Shown here in pieces: positions 51,840 through 60,964 of a DNA stretch of 64,000 bases (positions within the stretch are counted from its first letter, which is position 1; every line of letters begins with the position of its first letter). The translations under genes and the position numbers were made by a program. The stretch comes from an uncultured Prevotella sp. (GTDB lineage: Bacteria; Bacteroidota; Bacteroidia; Bacteroidales; Bacteroidaceae). The notes under the pieces are model-generated. The model did no database searches. It saw nothing but the letters and a program-made list of their open reading frames with translations, and was not told the DNA's origin. The DNA lies in assembly GCA_900320905.1 (NCBI GenBank), contig ONTZ01000013.1, positions 17,071 through 81,070 of the forward strand. Direction: 5' to 3'.

Positions 51840-54800
51840 TTAATGATTACTCAATACGATTTCACGTTCTTCTGGAGTCAGGCCATAGAGGTCGAACACC
51901 TTGTTGTCTATCTCATTGTCTGTAGCCTTTATCTGCTCTGAGATTTCTTGGCAGGCTTGGCGGTATTGGTTGAAGTAATCTTCCCACTCGTCTTGCTGAG
52001 CCAGTGTGAGTTTTGTCTTCTGTTTCTTCAGTTCTGCCACAAAGCCCTTGAAGTCCAACTGGTCAAATGTCTGCAAAGCAGTTGTTATCTTGATGCCCTC
52101 AAAGTTCTCATTCAAACGACGTAAAAAACGAGTGCGTTTCTCCTGAAGTTGGGAATTGAGGGAGAGCATTGTGTCAGCAAGAACAGACAACGCTTCATTG
52201 TCTTTACAAATAGGAATTGGAATTTGACCAAAATACTTCCAAATTAATTGATAACCATTCTGAATCTGTGAACAGAATTTGGTTATCAACCACCAACCCA
52301 TTCGAGAATTAAGAATGGCCAACAAAGCCTTACAATCTGTTGGGATGAACCACATTGAGTTGTTCGAGTAGAAACCCTGTGCATCGAAAATAAAACAAGG
52401 TTTTACTTGGAAAGCTTGATACATAATCTTTGGTTTTGCGAACTGCTCATAATAGTCACAAGCACGCAACTCCCACCAGAAATCTCCTTTGTCTGTGCGT
52501 TTTCTACCTTTGTCGGCAAACGGTTCTAGCCATTCTGAAATAGATGGATATTCCGTTTTCAGATAGTCCCATGCTTCAACTTCACTCTCAAAGAAACGTT
52601 CCCTCTGTGTCCATCCTTTTTCAAACAAAATTAAAAAACTAGTAGCCTCTGCTTTTCCGTATGGAGTAATATTTCGACCTTGGAGAAATGGATAGATTCT
52701 TTCTTTTGCTTTTTCATCCTTAGAAACAATACTTTGGTATGTATTTGAATCTATAAGGAAAGCTTCGGAAAGACCTGTTAATACACCTCTATATGATTCT
52801 CCATTAATAAACTTCTTGAGTGGCAGATGAGTGGCCGAAAGGCGTTCTAACAGAGCTTTTTCTTTTTGTGATGAGATAACCCATGTATCGCTGCTGAATT
52901 GCGAAATATCGAACACTTCTTCCGTATTCTTCACATTCTGATTGAAGTCCAGAGCATCAGCTGCTTTGAGCACGGATACTATCATTTGTTTGGCAGGCTC
53001 TTCATTCCGGCCTATGAAAATGCAGGGATAGGTAGTAGCCCCCTCGAATATTTGTATGTCACCAAAATCGATAAGACGTTCTAATCGTTTATTAAGGAAA
53101 TAAACTCTTAGCTCCTTTCCATAGCCAGCTTGCAACCACTTATTAGGCATGATATAAGATATTACACCATTAGAATTAGCAAGTTGGAAAGCTTTTTCGA
53201 CAAACAAGCAATAAAGGTCACCTCTTTTATTATACGTCGAATATCCAGCTTTTTCTAATTGAACAGATGTCTCAATAACACTTTCGAGATGCACATACGG
53301 CGGATTACCAATCACTACATCGAAGCCTCCTTTTTCGAATACCTTTGGAAATTGCTCTTGCCAGTTGAAGGCTTTTTCGCCAGCAATCGCTGGATCGCTA
53401 ATCAGCGAGTTTCCACATTTGATGTTTTCATTGAGTGAGTTCAGTTTACGATGTGGCTTTGCAGTACGTAGCCATAGTGCTAACTGGGCTATCTCAACAC
53501 TTTCTTCATTGATGTCAACGCCATAGAGATTATGCTCTAATATGCTATTCTCCACATCCTGGAACACAATAGCAGCACCAGCCACCTTTGCCTCCATCTC
53601 ATCAATTAGTTTATGTTCAGCCATCAGGAACTGCAAGGCTGCATTCAGGAAAGCGCCACTACCACAGGCCGGATCGAGAATCGTTATCTGAAGCAACCAA
53701 TCACGATATTGCTGCAATTGATCCAATAGTCGCTTCTTGGTTTGCATCTGGCGACGTTGATCTGAGAAATATTCATCCTCAACGATATGCAGCTGCTGTT
53801 TCTTCTCAGCACAAAGACGACCAACGGTATTCTCCACAATATATTTGGTGATATACTGAGGCGTATAGAACACACCATCCTGCTTGCGTTTCGAAGTTTG
53901 AGGAGTCTCGCCGCTATTAATTTGCTGAGTCACCTCTTCAATCTCTGAAAGCGAATTCTCAAAGATATGACCCAAGATGTTCACATCCACATCGCTCTCA
54001 AAGTCGTATTCAGACAATTTGCGAGTATGGGCTACCAATAAATCGTCGCTAATCTTGATATTATCCAGCACCTCATCAGGTTTAAAAAGGCCACCATTAT
54101 AGGCAAAAAACTCATACTTCTTGCCCTGATAGCCTGTGTTCATGTAGCCGAAGTACTTCTTCACTCTGTCATAGAAAGGCCGATATTCGTCCATCTCCTT
54201 GAGGCTCTCCCATTGGTCAATAATCTGCACCATCGAATTGGGAGGCAGAAGTCCACAATCTTCAGCAAAGAAGATAAACAGCAGACGGTCAAGGAGTTTC
54301 TGCGTCTTCTTAAAAAGAAGCAGTTGCCATTCTTTTTCATCCTTTCCTTCTGGGGTTGGATTCAGTTTCAGAATATCAGCAAAAAGCACGCGTTTGAATT
54401 GCGAATAGTCTTTGTAGAGAGCCTTTGTAATCTGGTCTTCGCTCGAAACGGATTCCTGTTTCATCTGCAAGGCCACACCTCTTTCTACCTGAGGCCATGC
54501 TAAGCACAGGAACAATTCGCAGAAGTCATCGTGAGTCATACGGAACAAATCCCACTCAAGATACTCCACCGCATTATCAATATAAAGACGAAGTTTCTCG
54601 AAATTGGAGATCACAACATAACGTGCATCAGGATGCTGGCTTTTATAGTTGAATGCCTGAGGCTCCACTTTCGAAAGGTCTGTGGTCTTATGGTCTTTCA
54701 ATTCTATCACACCTATCACCTTGCCATCTTTCTGAATAGCGCCATCAGCCTTCTTCGAATTCGTCTCATTCTTCTTCTCTGTTATGAGGTTGAAGTTTGG

Positions 54801-55004
54801 CGACGGATTCAATGTATAGCCTAACACCTTGACAAATAGTTCACGAAGAAAACCCTCTTGAAACTGCTCTTCTTTCGACTGCTGGATATTCTGTTGTATG
54901 TCTTCGTTCAGGAAATATGACTGATATTGGTTCCAAACCGTCAGCGTCTGTTCCTCGTTGAGCAAAGCCAAGTACTTTTTTACGATATTCTTTTGCAGTA
55001 GCAT
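51840..55004 (-). CDS. Type IIG/IIL-like restriction-modification fusion (REase + N6-adenine MTase + TRD)
   Basis: KADG...IELK nuclease motif, GVFYTP, ILDPACGSGAFL, FDVVIGNPPY and a TaqI_C-like C-terminus. Confidence 0.9.
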   Translation of the reverse strand: MLLQKNIVKKYLALLNEEQTLTVWNQYQSYFLNEDIQQNIQQSKEEQFQEGFLRELFVKVLGYTLNPSPNFNLITEKKNETNSKKADGAIQKDGKVIGVIELKDHKTTDLSKVEPQAFNYKSQHPDARYVVISNFEKLRLYIDNAVEYLEWDLFRMTHDDFCELFLCLAWPQVERGVALQMKQESVSSEDQITKALYKDYSQFKRVLFADILKLNPTPEGKDEKEWQLLLFKKTQKLLDRLLFIFFAEDCGLLPPNSMVQIIDQWESLKEMDEYRPFYDRVKKYFGYMNTGYQGKKYEFFAYNGGLFKPDEVLDNIKISDDLLVAHTRKLSEYDFESDVDVNILGHIFENSLSEIEEVTQQINSGETPQTSKRKQDGVFYTPQYITKYIVENTVGRLCAEKKQQLHIVEDEYFSDQRRQMQTKKRLLDQLQQYRDWLLQITILDPACGSGAFLNAALQFLMAEHKLIDEMEAKVAGAAIVFQDVENSILEHNLYGVDINEESVEIAQLALWLRTAKPHRKLNSLNENIKCGNSLISDPAIAGEKAFNWQEQFPKVFEKGGFDVVIGNPPYVHLESVIETSVQLEKAGYSTYNKRGDLYCLFVEKAFQLANSNGVISYIMPNKWLQAGYGKELRVYFLNKRLERLIDFGDIQIFEGATTYPCIFIGRNEEPAKQMIVSVLKAADALDFNQNVKNTEEVFDISQFSSDTWVISSQKEKALLERLSATHLPLKKFINGESYRGVLTGLSEAFLIDSNTYQSIVSKDEKAKERIYPFLQGRNITPYGKAEATSFLILFEKGWTQRERFFESEVEAWDYLKTEYPSISEWLEPFADKGRKRTDKGDFWWELRACDYYEQFAKPKIMYQAFQVKPCFIFDAQGFYSNNSMWFIPTDCKALLAILNSRMGWWLITKFCSQIQNGYQLIWKYFGQIPIPICKDNEALSVLADTMLSLNSQLQEKRTRFLRRLNENFEGIKITTALQTFDQLDFKGFVAELKKQKTKLTLAQQDEWEDYFNQYRQACQEISEQIKATDNEIDNKVFDLYGLTPEEREIVLSNH

Positions 55005-55070
55005 AATTTTAGAAAAATGATAGTTTAGGTGCAAAGATAGCAAATAATCTCGAAAGCCATAAGGCCGTGC

Positions 55071-55466
55071 TTACTTTTTCGTCCAGGTCTGAGTCTCGTA
55101 GAACATGGCGACGTAGCCGCGAACCTTCAGGTTGTTGCCGTCGAGCCAGATGGAACACTTGTAGGTCTTGCCGTTCTTGGGATTGTAGATCTTTCCGCCT
55201 TCCCACTTGTCGCCTTTCTTGGTGAGGCCCGTCAGGATGTTGACGCCAACCAGTTTACGGCTTTGTAGTTTCTTGTCCGGATTATGGACGTCGAGTTGCC
55301 CGTCGCCTTTCTTCAGCCAGACGATCTTGCCGTTCAGTTTGTCACCACTCTGGTAAATCTCCACCTGAGAATCACCACCTTCTGTTACCCATTTGCCGAC
55401 AACGCTCTGAGCGTAACCTGCTACTGACATCATCGCCAGCACTAAACAAATTATTACTTTTTTCAT
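55071..55466 (-). CDS. DUF2147 domain secreted protein
   Basis: GKW.T, GKIVW, GGKIYNP.NGKTY and LKVRGY motifs. Confidence 0.88.
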   Translation of the reverse strand: MKKVIICLVLAMMSVAGYAQSVVGKWVTEGGDSQVEIYQSGDKLNGKIVWLKKGDGQLDVHNPDKKLQSRKLVGVNILTGLTKKGDKWEGGKIYNPKNGKTYKCSIWLDGNNLKVRGYVAMFYETQTWTKK

Positions 55467-55483
55467 ATTGGTTGTAATTTGAA

Positions 55484-55870
55484 TCATTTCTCTTTTTCGT
55501 AGGTGATGCCTTCGTAGAGGGGCTGAGAGCCTTCGTAACTTTCGGGGATGAAATGGAGGCGGACACCACGGATATGCTTCTTGGCTCGGAAGGTCTTGGG
55601 ATCGTCAACTTTCTCACTCTCGATTTCAAGTTTGAATAAACCGAAGTTCTTCAAGCGTACCTTGTCGCCCATCTGTAGATGACGCATCATCGTCTCACCA
55701 ACGGCCATCAACAGACCTTCGAGAACGCCACCGCTGATGGCCATCCCTCTGGAAGCGGCTTCATCGCAAAGTTGACGGCTCTCAATCACCTGATTGTGAA
55801 CGGCTACGGCCTTGTACTTGCCGAAAGTTGGTAGAGTCGGCTTGGCCTCTTTCTTGATTTTATATCTCAT
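55484..55870 (-). CDS. Bacteroidetes HU-like DNA-binding protein
   Basis: GDKVRLKNFGLF and I.GVRLHF.P motifs; -7 box at 55889-55896. Confidence 0.82.
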   Translation of the reverse strand: MRYKIKKEAKPTLPTFGKYKAVAVHNQVIESRQLCDEAASRGMAISGGVLEGLLMAVGETMMRHLQMGDKVRLKNFGLFKLEIESEKVDDPKTFRAKKHIRGVRLHFIPESYEGSQPLYEGITYEKEK

Positions 55871-56009
55871 GTTTGCTATATTTTGATGCAAAGATACATT
55901 GTTTTCTCGAAAATTATTCAAATTTATTTGAAAATCTGCATTTATTTCTAATTCTTGGTATATTATGATGCTTGAAATATGGATTTGTTAATTTGAAAAT
56001 TATATTTTG

Positions 56010-56485
56010 CCTACATGCCTACATAATATGCTCATAATTATTTGTGTATTAATATGTTAAATATAATATGAGCATACATAAATCCTACATTTTGCCTACA
56101 TGATACCTACATACTTTTGAGGGATAATGCCTGATTATTTGGGTTTACATAGGGAGGGGGCAAATAATAGAATGGGTTTCCGCAAGTTTTCTGCATAATG
56201 AAAGTGCATAAATTCTCTAGAGAATTTTGTGATAAGATTAGTTCTCGCTATTACTGGATAGGGAGAGTGTCTTCAAATTCTCTAGAGAATTTCTTGGTCT
56301 TATTAATGGAAAAATATGTGGAGTGGCTATGTGGTTATTGTTAGATAGGATACTAATCGTATATAGGTGTTATGTTTGTTTTGTGTAGGTATCGTGTAGG
56401 CAAAATGTAGGCTTTATGTATGCACTTTTTCTTGAGAACGGCTTTATTTATCGTATTTTCGGGCGATTTTATGTAGGCATGTAGG
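56010..56485. repeat. 476-bp symmetric inverted-repeat element
   Basis: 17-bp perfect outer IR, 40-bp inner IR with 2 mismatches and two 18-bp palindromes inside. Confidence 0.92.
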
Positions 56486-56582
56486 TTATTTTGCAAAATC
56501 TCTCTGAAATTTTTGTGATTTTCGTCTTTTTATCGTAACTTTGCCATCAGATTTGGAGAACATTTATAAGCAAAACAACGAT

Positions 56583-58727
56583 ATGAAGGTAACATTACTG
56601 AAGAAAGACGGTAAAAAGGAAGTCATTAACCGTGTGGAATTGGCTGATATGGCTGCTGCCATCAAAAACGGACTGATTGAGCAGAATGTCAAACATACAA
56701 GAGAGATATATCACCTGATGAATCCGCATCGTCTGGCGGACGGACAGATAGAAACCCAATGGGAAGGTGGCGTTCGTCTGCCAAGAGTCTGTTTTGCGGC
56801 TGACTACGTGAAACGCAAGGACGATTGGAAGATGATGGCCTATAATGGTCTGGCGGTGCTGGAGGTGAATGACCTCCCGACTTACGAAAAGGCGGTGGAA
56901 ATCAGGGAGTTGGCCAAGAAACTGCCTGAGACGATGCCCTGTTTTCTGGGCGGATCGGGTAGGAGCGTGAAGATTGTGTGTCGTGGAGAGTTGTATCAGA
57001 AGGAAGATGTAAGAGGGAAGAGTGAAGGTGTGAGGCTTCCGAAGGATGAGGCTGACATTCGCCAGTTCCACCTTAATCTATATAACACGGCACGTAGGGC
57101 CTATCAGAATCAGTTCGGTTTTGACATCGAATTTCTCGAGCCGCGACTCGACAGGACGGTGTATATGAGCGCCGATCCAGAGGCCCGTTTCAATGCGGAG
57201 GCCCGTCCTTTCTATGCCGATACGGAGCACCACGAACTGCCTCAGCCTGTTGCGATCAGTCGCGAGGAAGACCATCTGATGCCTGGTCGTACCGTCACCC
57301 GGACCTACCATCTGAACTGGACCTTTATCGTAGAGACAGTGATGGGCCACTACTTCGAACTGCCCGATGAGAACAAGGAGGCGACGCTGCTGATGCAGAT
57401 AGCCTCGATGTGTCTCGACCAAGGCATCCCCAAGGCGCACGCTCAGGGACTGACGATGCTGCATCCTGTGCTGAATCGCGATAAGTTGCTGGTAGAGAAG
57501 ATCTTCCAGACGGTCTATAGCGTGGCTGAGCAGGATGAATATCGCAAGAAACATAAAATTCGTCCGCTGAAGAGCGTGCCTGAGGACACGATTCAGGCGA
57601 TGAAGACGGAGATATTCCTGAACTCTAACTATGAGATGCGCAAGAACCTGCTGACGGGTGTGGCTGAGTATCGCGAAAAGTTCTCTGACGACCAGCGATT
57701 CAGACCGCTGACAGAGGAGGTGCGCAACGATATGACGCTGAGAGCCACCGAGTTAGGACTGAAGTCGTGGGATCGCGATGTGAACCGATTCATCGACTCG
57801 ACGCGCATCGAGCAATACGACCCCGTGAACACTTGGCTCGACCAACTGCCCCAATGGGACGGACATGACTACATCGCTGACCTCGCCAAGCGCGTGCCAA
57901 CCTCTCAGCCCCATTGGGAGAAGTATCTCAGACTATGGCTCGTGGGAATGGTGGCCCAATGGCGTGAGAGTGATAAGCAGTTGACTGGCAACGCGCTAAC
58001 GCCGCTGCTGATAGGTCGTCAGGGATGTGGCAAGACGCGCTTCTGCAAGATTATCCTGCCTCCCGAACTGCGCGACTACTACAACGACAAGATCAACTTC
58101 AAGAACGAGTTCGACCTGAACATCGCGCTGACCTCGTTTGCGCTGATTAATATCGACGAGTTCGACAAGACCACCTCGTCGCAGCAGATTGTGCTGAAGT
58201 ATCTCTTGTCGTCGAGCGACGTGAAGTTCCGTCCGCCCTACGGCAAGACCATCAAGCAGTATCGCCGTTACACCTCGTTTATCGGCACCACCAATCAGTT
58301 GAAACCCCTCGTCGATCCCACGGGCTCGCGTCGTTTCGTCTGTGTCGGTGTGAATGGCAACATCGATTTCGAGGATAATCTGGAGCATCATCAGTTATTT
58401 GCCCAGGCACTCTACCTCTTTAATAATGGAGAGCGCCATTGGCTGGAGGACGATGAGATTCAGACGCTGATTGAGGAAAACGAACCCTTCCAGAAACTGA
58501 ACGACCTGGTGGAGATGGTTGGAGAGACCTTCCGTCGGCCTCGTGAGACAGAACAGGCCAAGTGGTGGAGTTTAGGCGATATCAGCGCCCTGCTCACCTC
58601 GCGCTACCCCAATTTCGATCCTGAGACGCCGTTCCATAAGATCGGCACTGCCCTCAACGACGTGCAGTTTAATTTTCAGAGTAAACGCAAGACAAAACAC
58701 ATGGAATATTGGTTAATTGAGAAATGA
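56583..58727 (+). CDS. VirE/VapE family protein (BT4734-like N-terminus + P-loop ATPase)
   Basis: Walker A GRQGCGKT, Walker B LINIDE, R.PYG and SFIGTTN...DPTGSRRF motifs; -7 box at 56536. Confidence 0.9.
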   Translation: MKVTLLKKDGKKEVINRVELADMAAAIKNGLIEQNVKHTREIYHLMNPHRLADGQIETQWEGGVRLPRVCFAADYVKRKDDWKMMAYNGLAVLEVNDLPTYEKAVEIRELAKKLPETMPCFLGGSGRSVKIVCRGELYQKEDVRGKSEGVRLPKDEADIRQFHLNLYNTARRAYQNQFGFDIEFLEPRLDRTVYMSADPEARFNAEARPFYADTEHHELPQPVAISREEDHLMPGRTVTRTYHLNWTFIVETVMGHYFELPDENKEATLLMQIASMCLDQGIPKAHAQGLTMLHPVLNRDKLLVEKIFQTVYSVAEQDEYRKKHKIRPLKSVPEDTIQAMKTEIFLNSNYEMRKNLLTGVAEYREKFSDDQRFRPLTEEVRNDMTLRATELGLKSWDRDVNRFIDSTRIEQYDPVNTWLDQLPQWDGHDYIADLAKRVPTSQPHWEKYLRLWLVGMVAQWRESDKQLTGNALTPLLIGRQGCGKTRFCKIILPPELRDYYNDKINFKNEFDLNIALTSFALINIDEFDKTTSSQQIVLKYLLSSSDVKFRPPYGKTIKQYRRYTSFIGTTNQLKPLVDPTGSRRFVCVGVNGNIDFEDNLEHHQLFAQALYLFNNGERHWLEDDEIQTLIEENEPFQKLNDLVEMVGETFRRPRETEQAKWWSLGDISALLTSRYPNFDPETPFHKIGTALNDVQFNFQSKRKTKHMEYWLIEK

Positions 58728-59674
58728 ATATTGTAATTTTAGACGGTTTCACGGCTAATCCGGGCGATTTGTCGTGGGAAGAGTTGAAGGAAATGGGCAA
58801 CGTGACGGTGTACGACCGCACAAGCCCGAGTGAGACTGTGGCGAGAGCGGCTGAGGCAGACATCGTGCTGACCAATAAGGTCGTGATCGGCAGGGAAGAG
58901 ATGGCCCGTTTGTCGCGTCTTAAATATATTGGCGTGCTGGCTACGGGCTATAATGTGGTCGACATCGAGGCCGCCCATGAACGGGGTATCACGGTGACCA
59001 ACGTGCCGGCCTATAGTACGGAGAGCGTGGCGCAGATGGTGTTTGCGCACCTGCTGACGGTGACGAATCGTACTGAGCATTATGCCATTGCCAATCGCGA
59101 GGGACGATGGAGCAGTAATCTGGATTTCTGCTACTGGGACTTTCCGCACATGGAACTGTCTGGTAAGGTGTTCGGCATCGTAGGACTTGGGAATATCGGC
59201 CAGCGTGTGGCTACTATCGCCAATGCCTTTGGCATGCGGGTCTGGGCCTTTACCAGCAAGTCGCAAAATCTGTTGCCGTCTTATGTGGTGAAGAAATCGC
59301 TGACGGAGATTTTTTCTGAGTGTGACGTCGTCAGCCTGCATTGTCCGCTGACACCCGACACCCGACATCTGATTGACAGTCAGACGCTTCGGCAGATGAA
59401 ACCGTCAGCCATCCTCATCAACACAGGACGAGGGCCGTTGGTCGACGATCAGGCTGTGGCCGATGCACTGGCTGAAGGTCGGTTGGCCGCCTTCTGTGCT
59501 GACGTGCTGACGGAGGAACCCCCAAAGGCGTCTAATCCCCTTTTGAGTCAGCCCAATGCCTTCTTCACGCCCCACATCGCCTGGGCCTCGAAGGAAGCCC
59601 GCATCCGGTTGCTCCATGTCGCCATCCACAATGTACGCTCCTTCCTCAGCGGCCACCCGCAGAATGTAGTTTGA
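58724..59674 (+). CDS. D-2-hydroxyacid dehydrogenase (glycerate dehydrogenase-like)
   Basis: NPGDLSW, GIVGLGNIG, LINTGRG and TPHIAW motifs. Confidence 0.92.
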   Translation: MNIVILDGFTANPGDLSWEELKEMGNVTVYDRTSPSETVARAAEADIVLTNKVVIGREEMARLSRLKYIGVLATGYNVVDIEAAHERGITVTNVPAYSTESVAQMVFAHLLTVTNRTEHYAIANREGRWSSNLDFCYWDFPHMELSGKVFGIVGLGNIGQRVATIANAFGMRVWAFTSKSQNLLPSYVVKKSLTEIFSECDVVSLHCPLTPDTRHLIDSQTLRQMKPSAILINTGRGPLVDDQAVADALAEGRLAAFCADVLTEEPPKASNPLLSQPNAFFTPHIAWASKEARIRLLHVAIHNVRSFLSGHPQNVV

Positions 59675-59708
59675 TAGGTTCATATTCCACCTAAAACCTC
59701 AAAAAATA

Positions 59709-59743
59709 AGGAGACGTAGTAATTAGTTTGCTACGTCTCCCTT
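59709..59743 (+). terminator. Hairpin after the dehydrogenase
   Basis: GGAGACGTAGTAA/TTGCTACGTCTCC stem. Confidence 0.7.
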
Positions 59744-59985
59744 GCAATATGTTGTAAATCAAAAATTTACTTGACCTCCTCGAAAACGACTCTAACTGAC
59801 TATCAATGCGTTAGCACCGGATGTTTCAGGCTGGGTGTAGAATGCAGAAATGAAAGAACAGGCATATAGCTATAAGCCTTGTTTATGGAGTTTTTTGAGC
59901 ATATCAGCATTTGTTTCGATTAATTTTTGTAACTTTGCCGTCAAGAACTATCAAACAATAGTATTCACATAAAACAAATCAGATC

Positions 59986-60945
59986 ATGACACAAGAAAAG
60001 ACTATGGACATCAAAGCGGTAAAATTCCGCAAAGACGGATTCTATTCTCTGCCATTCGTATTTGGTGGCGAGGAAGGACAAGAGAAGTTTGACATGAACA
60101 TCCGCTATCGTGGCAGTCTGCAGAACTATTTGATAGACACCGGCAACGAAGTCATCTTGGTGGATACCGGCTTGCCAGCAGGTTTCCCCGATGGTGCACC
60201 AGAGGAGACGGCATCCATCTATATCGGTAAGAGCATCTGCGACTATATGGATGCTTTGGCAGCATTGGGATACAAACCAGAGCAGGTGACAAAGATACTG
60301 CTGACCCACAAGCATGCCGACCACTCAGGAGAGCTGCGCTCCTTCCCCAATGCAAAGATTTATGTCAATGCGGAAGAGATTGGAGCAGACGAACTCAAGG
60401 ACATTCCTAATATAGTTCCTGTTGAGTTCACTGACGGACCTTATTACAATTTCCCTGAGAGTCAGAAGATCGCCGATGGCGTTTACTTTGTCAAGGCCAA
60501 GGGACATACGAATGGCAACAGCCTTATCGTCGCAGAGAACGAGGGATTGTTCTATATGTTCGAGGGAGACATCACCTACGTTGACGAGGCCCTTTATGCA
60601 AACAAGCTCTCTGTTGTCTTCGACGATCTGCCAGCAGCTCGTGAGACTATGGACCGAGTACGCGAGTTCGTTCGCAACCAACCTACCGTATATTGCGGCA
60701 CCCATACGCCACAGGGCTATGAGAACCTGGAGGCCAAGCGTGTGATGGATCTGGACAATCCCGTACCGACGGTGTTGGCAGAGATAGATTTCTCCCAAAA
60801 AGAAGATTCCGGCAAGTATATTTGCTCTGTCTGTGGCTATCTGTATGATCCAGCCGAACACGATGGCGTTGCTTTCGAGGACCTGCCAGATGACTGGCGC
60901 TGCCCACGCTGCAAACAGCCGAAGACGAAGTTCAATAAAGCATGA
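59986..60945 (+). CDS. MBL-fold metallo-hydrolase fused to C-terminal rubredoxin
   Basis: LVDTG, THKHADH, GHT.G and GD motifs; rubredoxin [12 protein letters not shown]...[10 protein letters not shown]. Confidence 0.88.
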   Translation: MTQEKTMDIKAVKFRKDGFYSLPFVFGGEEGQEKFDMNIRYRGSLQNYLIDTGNEVILVDTGLPAGFPDGAPEETASIYIGKSICDYMDALAALGYKPEQVTKILLTHKHADHSGELRSFPNAKIYVNAEEIGADELKDIPNIVPVEFTDGPYYNFPESQKIADGVYFVKAKGHTNGNSLIVAENEGLFYMFEGDITYVDEALYANKLSVVFDDLPAARETMDRVREFVRNQPTVYCGTHTPQGYENLEAKRVMDLDNPVPTVLAEIDFSQKEDSGKYICSVCGYLYDPAEHDGVAFEDLPDDWRCPRCKQPKTKFNKA

Positions 60946-60964
60946 AACGCATTAACAACTTTTT

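Noticed and set aside
56010-56485. Phase-variable invertible promoter
   Set aside because: Both recognisable -7 boxes lie outside the inverted repeats and no invertase is nearby, so inversion would not flip them.
59792-59814. CTAAC-N13-GTTAG inverted motif as an att/dif-like site
   Set aside because: It is too short, with no partner site or recombinase in the window.
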